A stretch of DNA of 11,856 nucleotides from an uncultured Janthinobacterium sp. (GCA_964658025.1 CAZZXB010000028.1:1-11856); one strand, 5' to 3'. Counted from the first letter of the stretch, positions 1 through 5,964 are shown. Numbers and translations: made by a program. Notes: generated by a model not told the origin, from the sequence alone.

Positions 1-42
1 TAATCGAGACGAAGCATCAGACCGAAACGCAAACCCGAACCC

Positions 43-86
43 GAACGAAAAACGAGCCCCCGCATACGCGAGGGCTCGTTTCGTTC
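43..86 (-). terminator. Intrinsic terminator downstream of rplM-rpsI, possibly bidirectional
   Basis: The minus strand reads AACGAGCCCTCGC-GTAT-GCGGGGGCTCGTT-TTTCGTTC: a 13-bp stem with one U-G pair, a 4-nt loop and a U-rich tail, about 15 nt after the rpsI stop. The + strand also has a T-rich tail (GTTTCGTTC). Confidence 0.85.
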
Positions 87-101
87 AGCCGGTGCTCGGG
101 T

Positions 102-500
102 CTAGCGCTTCGAGAACTGGAAGCGTTTGCGGGCGCGCTTGCGACCGTACTTCTTCGATTCTTTCTCGCGCGGGTCGCGCGTCAGGAGACCGTTCTTGCG
201 CAGGACGCCGCGGAGCGACTCGTCCATCTCGACGAGCGCGCGCGCGATGCCGTGCCGCACGGCTCCGGCCTGACCGGCGACGCCGCCGCCCTCGGTCTTG
301 ACCTCGACGTCGAAGCGCGAGCTCGTCTCGGTGACCTCGAGCGCCTGACGGACGATCTGCAGGAGACTCGGCCGCGGAAAATACTGCTCGACGTCGCGCT
401 TGTTGATGCGGATGACGCCCTGGCCGAGCGTCAGCTTCACGCGCGCCACGGCACGCTTGCGACGACCCGTCCCGCCGAAATGCTCGGTCGGTTCGATCAC
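102..500 (-). CDS. rpsI: 30S ribosomal protein S9
   Basis: Motifs [46 protein letters not shown] and C-terminal QFSKR. The GTG start abuts the rplM TAA, and an AAGGAG SD lies inside the end of rplM. Confidence 0.99.
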   Translation of the reverse strand: MIEPTEHFGGTGRRKRAVARVKLTLGQGVIRINKRDVEQYFPRPSLLQIVRQALEVTETSSRFDVEVKTEGGGVAGQAGAVRHGIARALVEMDESLRGVLRKNGLLTRDPREKESKKYGRKRARKRFQFSKR

Positions 501-926
501 TTAGAAAAGCTCCTTCGGCTGTTGGGGCGCGTGCGGATGCTCGCCGCCGGCGTAGACTTTGAGGCGACGGAGTTGGACGTCGCGCATGCGGTTGGTCGGC
601 AACATGCCGCGGACGGCGCGCTCGACGAGGCGCTCGGGATACTTCCGCTTCACGTCGAGCGCCGTCTCCGTGCGGAGGCCGCCCGGAAAGCCGCTGTGAC
701 GGTGGTAGACCTTCTGAAGCCACTTGTTGCCGCCGAGCTCGATCTTGTCGGCGTTGAGGACGACGACGTGATCGCCGTCGTCGATGTGGGGCGTCCAGGT
801 CGGCTTGTGCTTGCCCGAGAGGGCCTTCGCGACGCGCACGGCGAGGGTACCGAGACGCTGGCCCGCCGCGTCGACGACGTACCAGTCGTGTTGGGTTTCT
901 GCCGTTTTCTGCTGATAGGTGCGCAT
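501..926 (-). CDS. rplM: 50S ribosomal protein L13
   Basis: Motifs WYVVDA, GKHKPTWTPHIDDGDHVVVLNA, HSGFPGG, AVRGMLP and HPHAPQQP; canonical rplM-rpsI pair. Confidence 0.99.
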   Translation of the reverse strand: MRTYQQKTAETQHDWYVVDAAGQRLGTLAVRVAKALSGKHKPTWTPHIDDGDHVVVLNADKIELGGNKWLQKVYHRHSGFPGGLRTETALDVKRKYPERLVERAVRGMLPTNRMRDVQLRRLKVYAGGEHPHAPQQPKELF

Positions 927-983
927 CGGAGCTTTCGGGAGACGAGCGAAAAAGCGGCCCGGTGGGCCGAGAACAACCTCCGG

Positions 984-1012
984 ATTGTACGCGCCGGGCG
1001 GCTCCGTGTCAA
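984..1012 (-). promoter_or_regulatory. Sigma70/SigA-type promoter of rplM-rpsI
   Basis: Minus strand TTGACA (1012-1007), 17-nt spacer, TACAAT (989-984), about 57 nt upstream of the rplM ATG. The -35 box overlaps the TGA stop of the Crp/Fnr gene. Confidence 0.9.
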
Positions 1013-1701
1013 CGCGACCCGCGGTCGGCGGCCTCGAAACCCTCTCGCGCGGTCGCCGCGAAAAGCTCCGGATCGACGACGACCATCCCGCGGAGCCGAC
1101 TCCCGCGAACCATCCCGCGCCGGGCGAAATCGGCGACGATCGACGAGCACGTCTCGCGCGTCGTCGCGGCGAGCCGGGCGAGGTCTTCCTGGGAGAGCGG
1201 GAGGTCGAGGCGCACCTCGCCGCCGGGCCCCCGCTCGCCGAAATCGTTCGCGAGCTCCAACAGCGTCGCGGCGACCCGGCCCTCGACGGTCGAGCGGCTG
1301 AGGCTCTCGACCTTCGCCTGAACGCGGGCCGTCCGTCGGCAGACGGAATACGCCATCTTGAGGTAGAGCTCGGTCTCCGCTTCCGCGGCCGCGTGCCAGG
1401 TCTCGGCCGACAGCAGCAGGATCATCCCGTCGCCGAGCGCCTCGGCACCCGATTCCGCCGGACGCTCCCCGAACGCCGCGCTCGCCGCGAGCACGTCGCC
1501 GCGCGCCGCGATCCCGAGCGTGACGTCGCGGACGAACGCGGCGCTGCGGAAGACGCGAAAATAACCGTCCAAGACCACGACGATCGTCGGTCCGTCGAGC
1601 GGCACGACGGTGCGCCGCGCGATCGCCTCCACGCGTCCGCGCATCGACAGCCGGTCGAGGTCGTTCGGGTCGAGACCGCGCGTCGTGCGCGGATCGCTCA
1701 A
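1009..1701 (-). CDS. Crp/Fnr family transcriptional regulator with a degenerate cNMP pocket
   Basis: Cyclic-nucleotide-binding-type beta barrel (VVVLDGYFRVFR...DVTLGIAARGDV), C-helix ending VEGRVAATLLELANDFG, and Crp HTH LPLSQEDLARLAATTRETCSSIVADFARRGMV. TTG start with no obvious SD, so the exact start is uncertain. Confidence 0.93.
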   Translation of the reverse strand: MSDPRTTRGLDPNDLDRLSMRGRVEAIARRTVVPLDGPTIVVVLDGYFRVFRSAAFVRDVTLGIAARGDVLAASAAFGERPAESGAEALGDGMILLLSAETWHAAAEAETELYLKMAYSVCRRTARVQAKVESLSRSTVEGRVAATLLELANDFGERGPGGEVRLDLPLSQEDLARLAATTRETCSSIVADFARRGMVRGSRLRGMVVVDPELFAATAREGFEAADRGSR

Positions 1702-1740
1702 GAGGGAAGCTCGTCGCCGAGAGAAAGGCTTGCGAACGAC

Positions 1741-2103
1741 ATGTTCGATTCTCCGGATCTCTTCGAACTCTCCGAAGAGGAGATCGATGCCCTACCGTTC
1801 GGACTGATCGCGGTCGATCACGACGGCAACATCGAGCAGTACAACAGTTACGAATCCCGACTCGCACGGCTCTCCAAAGAGCGCGTGATCGGTCGTAATT
1901 TCTTTTTGGACGTCGCGCCGTGTACGGCCGTGCAGGCCTTCATGGGCCGCTTCCAACGCTTCGTCAAAGGGACGGGCGACGCCGCGGAATCGTTCGACTA
2001 CATGTTCCCGTTTTCGTTCGGACGCCAGCACGTCAACATCACGTTCCTGCGCTCGACGCGGACCAAACAGATCAAGATCCTCGTAACGCGTTACGACGCG
2101 TAG
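1741..2103 (+). CDS. pyp: Photoactive yellow protein (PYP)-like single PAS-domain protein, 120 aa
   Basis: The C-terminal 120 aa of ORF 919..2103 align without gaps to the PYP core: IDALPFGLIAVDHDGNIEQYNSYE...VIGRNFFLDVAPCT...FMGRF...FDYMF. Y34/E38/C61 correspond to Halorhodospira PYP Y42/E46/C69. ATG at 1741, with AAAGG at 1724-1728. Confidence 0.9.
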   Translation: MFDSPDLFELSEEEIDALPFGLIAVDHDGNIEQYNSYESRLARLSKERVIGRNFFLDVAPCTAVQAFMGRFQRFVKGTGDAAESFDYMFPFSFGRQHVNITFLRSTRTKQIKILVTRYDA

Positions 2104-2875
2104 CGCGCTCGCCCGCCGCGCGCGATTCGAAATCCGGATAGACGACGTTGACGAGCGAGAGACCGCAGGCCGGCGCCGTCGTTCCCGCGGCGCGGCGATC
2201 GCGCGCCGCGAGCATCCTCGCGACGTCCTCGGGCGCGTAGCGCCCGGCCCCGACGTCGAGGAGCGTCCCCGTCATCACGCGGACCATCCGGTGGAGGAAG
2301 CCGCCGCCGTCGTAGTGGACGCGCACGAGATCGCCGTCGCGCTCGATCGCGATCGCGTCGAGCGTGCGGACGGTCCCGCCACGGTCGGGGAGCACGCCGC
2401 AGAACGTCACGAAGTCGTGCTCGCCGATGAGATGCGCGGCGGCCGCGCGCATCGCGTCGAAATCGAGCTCGCGATAATCGTGATGCGCGGTACGGCGCAA
2501 GACGGCCGAGGGATGACGCCGGTTGAGGATCGCGTACGTGTACTGGCGCGCGAGCGCGGAGTTGCGGGCCGAGAAATCCCGTCCGACGCGCGCCGCGTCG
2601 CGCGCGCTCAGATCGTACGGGAGCGACGTATTGAGCGCGATCGCGAGCTTGTCGATCGGAAACGCATCGTGCGAGACGAACGAGATCACCTGACCGCTCG
2701 CGTGCACGCCCGCATCGGTCCGTCCGGCGCACGTCACCTTGACGGGCCGATCGAACAGACGCGAGAGCGCGCCTTCGAGTTCGCCCGCGATCGTGCGCAA
2801 CGTCGGCTGATATTGGAATCCGTGAAAATCCGTGCCGTCGTACTCGACGACGACGCGGTACGTCGCCTCGGTCAG
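2072..2875 (-). CDS. truA: tRNA pseudouridine(38-40) synthase TruA; start probably the non-canonical CTG at 2875
   Basis: Motifs AGRTDAGVHASGQV, FSARNSALARQYTY, GEHDF, FLHRMVR and TAPACGLSL. The conserved N-terminal YRVVVEYDGTDFHGFQYQP is in frame upstream of the track's TTG (2800), so the real start lies further upstream. Gene identity is secure; the start codon is not. Confidence 0.95.
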   Translation of the reverse strand: MTEATYRVVVEYDGTDFHGFQYQPTLRTIAGELEGALSRLFDRPVKVTCAGRTDAGVHASGQVISFVSHDAFPIDKLAIALNTSLPYDLSARDAARVGRDFSARNSALARQYTYAILNRRHPSAVLRRTAHHDYRELDFDAMRAAAAHLIGEHDFVTFCGVLPDRGGTVRTLDAIAIERDGDLVRVHYDGGGFLHRMVRVMTGTLLDVGAGRYAPEDVARMLAARDRRAAGTTAPACGLSLVNVVYPDFESRAAGERATRRNALRGS

Positions 2876-2902
2876 GCGGCGCGCGCGCGTCTCACCGCGC
2901 CC

Positions 2903-3367
2903 TCAGACCGGGTCGCTCGCCGCGACGTACGCGGCGGCGAGCGCTTCGAGCGCGACGCGATCCGCGTCGTCGAAGCGATCGCCGATCGGGCTGTCGCAAT
3001 CGAGCACGCCGACGACGACGCCCGCGCGAAAGAGCGGGATCACGATCTCCGAACGCGATTCCGCGTCGCAGGCGATGTGCCCGGGGAACGCGTGGACGTC
3101 CGGCACGACGAGCGTTTCGGCGCGTTCCCACGCCGCACCGCAGACCCCGACGCCCAGACCGATCCGCGAGACCGCGGTCTTGCCGACGAACGGACCGAGC
3201 ACGAGTTCGCCGTCGCGCACGAAATAAAACCCGGCCCAATTGAGATCGGGAAACGACTCGTAGACGAACGCCGCGAGATTCGCCGCGTTCGCGATCGCGT
3301 CGCGCTCGCCGTCGACGTGCGCGCCGATGCCGGCGAGCAGCGCCGGAAGATCCGGACGCCCGCTCAC
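2903..3367 (-). CDS. msrC: GAF-domain free methionine-(R)-sulfoxide reductase (fRMsr/YebR-like), 154 aa
   Basis: C-terminal part of ORF 2903..4405, with NWAGFYF, LVLGPF, GVCG, VPDVHAFPGHIACD, SEIVIP and GVLDCDS. The GTG start overlaps the lysS stop (GTGA, 3367-3364). Confidence 0.9.
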   Translation of the reverse strand: MSGRPDLPALLAGIGAHVDGERDAIANAANLAAFVYESFPDLNWAGFYFVRDGELVLGPFVGKTAVSRIGLGVGVCGAAWERAETLVVPDVHAFPGHIACDAESRSEIVIPLFRAGVVVGVLDCDSPIGDRFDDADRVALEALAAAYVAASDPV

Positions 3368-4884
3368 GCCACCGGCCGCTGTAAGGGGAAGAGGATCACT
3401 TCGCGGATCGACTGTTGGTCGGTCAGGAGCATGACGATGCGATCGACGCCGATACCGATCCCCGCCGTCGGCGGCATGCCGTACTCGAGCGCCTCGACGA
3501 AATCCCAATCCGGCGGCGGCACCTCGTCGTCGCCCTTCGAACGCTCGACGATCTGCGCCTCGAATCGCTGACGCTGGTCGTCGGGATCGTTGAGTTCGGT
3601 GAACGCGTTGGAGAGCTCGAAGTTCGCGCCGAAGAGTTCGTAGCGATCGACGATCTCGGGATCGTCCGGCTTCCGTTTCGAGAGCGGCGAGATGACGACC
3701 GGATAATCGTACACGAAGGTCGGATCGACGAGATGCGGTTCGACGATCCGTTCGAAGAGTTTGTCGAGCGCCTGGCCGTGCGTCTGCGACGGTGGGAGGC
3801 CGAGCGCCGCGAGCGCGTCCTGGGCGCCGCGCGGATCGAGTAACGTCGCGCGCGAGAGCCCGCCGTGCGTTTCGAGCGCCTCGAAGTAACCGATGCGTTT
3901 GAACGGTCGCGCGAACGAGATCGTCTTGCCGCCGTACGTCACGACGGTCGATCCGTGAACCTTCTCGACGAGATGCGCGAAGAGCGCTTCGTTGAAGTCC
4001 ATCATCTCCGCGACCGACCAATACGCCGCGTAGAGTTCGAGCATCGTGAACTCGGGATTGTGCGTCGTGTCGATCCCTTCGTTGCGGAAGATCCGCCCGA
4101 TCTCGTAGACGCGTTCGAGGCCGCCGACGATGAGCCGTTTGAGATTGAGCTCGGTCGCGATGCGCAGGTCGAGATCGAGATCGAGGGCGTTGTGATGCGT
4201 GCGGAACGGTCGCGCGGCCGCGCCGCCCGCGACGTGCAGCATCGTCGGCGTCTCGACCTCGACGAACTCGTGATCGTCGCAGAAGCGCCGCATCTCGGCG
4301 ACGATCTTCGATCGCGTGAGAAAGATCGCGCGGACGTCCTCGTTCATCATGAGGTCGACGTAGCGTTGCCGATAGCGCTTCTCGACGTCGACGAGTCCGT
4401 GCCACTTATCGGGCGTCGGGACGAGCGCTTTCGCGAGCACCGCGAACGAGGCGACGCGCAGCGTCAGATCGCCCTTTTTCGAGCGGAAGGCGGTCCCCGT
4501 CACGCCGACGATATCGCCGAGATCGAGCGAGTCGAACACGGCGAACGCGTCGTCGCCGAGGGCGTCCGCGCGGACGTAGAGTTGCTGGCGACCGCTACGA
4601 TCCCAGAGATCGGCCCAGATCGCGCCCTTGCCCATCTTGCGCACGCCGAGGAGACGGCCGGCGAGACCGTGCTCGCGCGTCGTCGGGGGCGCGTCGGGCG
4701 CGAGGTCGGCGTAGGCCGTCGCGAGATCGGAGGCGCGATCGGTGACGTCGTAGCGCGTCTCGACGAACGGGTCGCGGCCGCGCTCGCGCAGGGCGGCGAG
4801 ATTCGCCCGCCTCGCCGCCCGCAGTTCCGCTTCGCGCTTTCCGAGATCGCCCGCATCGCCGACCGCCGTCGGCCGTTCGTTCAC
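3364..4884 (-). CDS. lysS: Lysine--tRNA ligase, class II
   Basis: N-terminal OB fold, RYRQRYVDL, GGAAARPFRTHHN, RIFRNEGIDTTHNPEFTMLE, YGMPPTAGIGIGVDR and IREVILFP. The GTG start overlaps the greA TGA. Confidence 0.99.
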   Translation of the reverse strand: MNERPTAVGDAGDLGKREAELRAARRANLAALRERGRDPFVETRYDVTDRASDLATAYADLAPDAPPTTREHGLAGRLLGVRKMGKGAIWADLWDRSGRQQLYVRADALGDDAFAVFDSLDLGDIVGVTGTAFRSKKGDLTLRVASFAVLAKALVPTPDKWHGLVDVEKRYRQRYVDLMMNEDVRAIFLTRSKIVAEMRRFCDDHEFVEVETPTMLHVAGGAAARPFRTHHNALDLDLDLRIATELNLKRLIVGGLERVYEIGRIFRNEGIDTTHNPEFTMLELYAAYWSVAEMMDFNEALFAHLVEKVHGSTVVTYGGKTISFARPFKRIGYFEALETHGGLSRATLLDPRGAQDALAALGLPPSQTHGQALDKLFERIVEPHLVDPTFVYDYPVVISPLSKRKPDDPEIVDRYELFGANFELSNAFTELNDPDDQRQRFEAQIVERSKGDDEVPPPDWDFVEALEYGMPPTAGIGIGVDRIVMLLTDQQSIREVILFPLQRPVA

Positions 4885-5399
4885 GATGCTTTTTTCGCGG
4901 CTTTTCTCTTCGGCGTCGTATTGGTCGCGTTGATCCCGTCGATCTTGTAGGTCGTCACGCCGCGCGGCGTTTTCACGTCGACCGACTCGCCCTTCTTCTT
5001 GCCGATGAGCGCGCTCCCGAGCGGCGATTCGTTGGAGAGGCGACCGTTGACCGGATCGGCCTCCGTCGACCCGACGATCGTGAACTCGTGGAGCGATCCG
5101 CCCTTCGTGTCCTTGAGTTTCACGACGGCGCCGAGATGGACTTCGTCCTGCGCGTACTCGGAGGGATCGATGATGCTCGCGTTGCGGATCAGCGCCTCGA
5201 CCTTGAGGATGCGCCCCTCGACGAACGCCTGCTCTTGCTTGGCGTCCTCGTACTCGGCGTTTTCGGAGATGTCGCCGAATTCTTTCGCCTGTCGGATCCG
5301 CTCGTTCACCTCGCGGCGATGGACGGTCTTGAGTTCGTCGAGCTCTTCCTCGAGCTTCACGAGACCCTCTTTGGTGAGCACCAACTCTTTGTCGTTCAC
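4881..5399 (-). CDS. greA: Transcription elongation factor GreA, 172 aa
   Basis: Motifs LTKEGLVKLEEEL, AKEFGDISENAEYEDAK, IVGSTEADP and SNESPLGSALIG. Start placed at GTG 5399, which has GGAG 6 nt upstream; the longer ORF-track start is spurious. Confidence 0.97.
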   Translation of the reverse strand: MNDKELVLTKEGLVKLEEELDELKTVHRREVNERIRQAKEFGDISENAEYEDAKQEQAFVEGRILKVEALIRNASIIDPSEYAQDEVHLGAVVKLKDTKGGSLHEFTIVGSTEADPVNGRLSNESPLGSALIGKKKGESVDVKTPRGVTTYKIDGINATNTTPKRKAAKKAS

Positions 5400-5425
5400 G
5401 AAACGCTCCGCTCGAGTTTTCTTCG

Positions 5426-5465
5426 AAAAGTCAAAACGACGCGGGCCATCCACGCGTCCGGCCCG
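5426..5465 (-). promoter_or_regulatory. Possible attenuator (alternative hairpins plus U-rich tract) in the greA leader
   Basis: Minus strand CGGGCC-GGACGCGTGGAT-GGCCCG-CGTC-GTTTTGACTTTT. A GACGCG/CGCGTC stem followed by a U-rich tail is mutually exclusive with a CGGGCC/GGCCCG stem. Confidence 0.4.
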
Positions 5466-5575
5466 AGTGGTTCGGTCTGCAAGGGCACCGATTCCCCCCG
5501 CCGCGAGAATGCGCCCGAGCGCACAGTTCGCATGCGTCGAAAGGCCCGGGCCTCCGGCCGGCGCAACGAGCGGGC

Positions 5576-5701
5576 ATGAAGTCGATTCTGAACGCCACCA
5601 ACCTCGGCACGGTCGATTACGAACAGCGCCTCCGCCTCGCCCGCCTGACGCTCGGCGTCGCGGTCGCGGGCTTCGCCACGTGCCTGATCGGCCTGGGGTA
5701 G
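5576..5701 (+). CDS. Putative small membrane protein, 41 aa: MKSILNATNLGTVDYEQRLRLARLTLGVAVAGFATCLIGLG
   Basis: ATG...TAG ORF read directly from the sequence and absent from the ORF track. Nearly all third positions are G/C, as in the neighbouring genes. An Arg-rich patch is followed by an 18-residue uncharged hydrophobic C-terminus. Confidence 0.6.
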   Translation: MKSILNATNLGTVDYEQRLRLARLTLGVAVAGFATCLIGLG

Positions 5702-5704
5702 ACC

Positions 5705-5870
5705 CCGTAGCGCGCGACGCCTCGGAACGCATCGTTCGCGAGCGGCACGCGAGCCCGCGCGTCGGGAGCCCGAACCCGACGGCACGAACGATCGCGGACG
5801 AGAGCGCCTCTTAGCGAGACGTCCGAACGACGCGGGCACGGGTCGACGCCGCTAGCCGTAGCGCGCGACG
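5705..5870. repeat. 15-bp direct repeat CCGTAGCGCGCGACG at 5705-5719 and 5856-5870
   Basis: Exact match read from the sequence. The second copy runs into a perfect 18-bp palindrome GCGCGACGATCGTCGCGC (5863-5880). Confidence 0.6.
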
Positions 5871-5964
5871 ATCGTCGCGCTCGTGCCGCCCGACTTCAGG
5901 GATATCGACGGCGCGCCGCTCGTCTCGCGGCTTCACGTCGGAGGGACGAACGCGCACGACGTTC

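Noticed and set aside
21..53. Short degenerate repeats (CCGAAAC GCAAAC CCGAAC CCGAAC GAAAAAC)
   Set aside because: Too short and irregular, with no spacers. Not CRISPR-like, and partly the terminator tail.
919..1740. N-terminal 274 codons of the 394-aa + strand ORF, read as a long PYP fusion
   Set aside because: It is the antisense shadow of the Crp/Fnr gene and runs over the rplM promoter. It is Arg-rich with no domain signal, and PYP similarity begins at ATG 1741.
1702..1747. Crp/Fnr operator between crp and pyp
   Set aside because: Only a half-site-like TGCGA (1731-1735) and a 5-bp inverted repeat CGAAC/GTTCG around the pyp ATG. No convincing TGTGA-N6-TCACA or TTGAT-N4-ATCAA.
3368..4405. 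N-terminal extension of the 500-aa ORF ending in the GAF domain
   Set aside because: This is an alternative frame within lysS and is Arg-rich and low in complexity. The GAF protein starts at the GTGA overlap (3367).
5400..5839. Long greA N-terminal extension (to 5732) and ORFs 5396..5839 and 4999..5814
   Set aside because: Composition typical of GC-rich non-coding or shadow frames; greA has an SD-supported GTG at 5399.
5400..5964. Known ncRNAs (tRNA, SRP, 6S, T-box, lysine riboswitch) in the large intergenic region
   Set aside because: No recognisable consensus motifs by eye; an Rfam scan would be needed to exclude divergent members.
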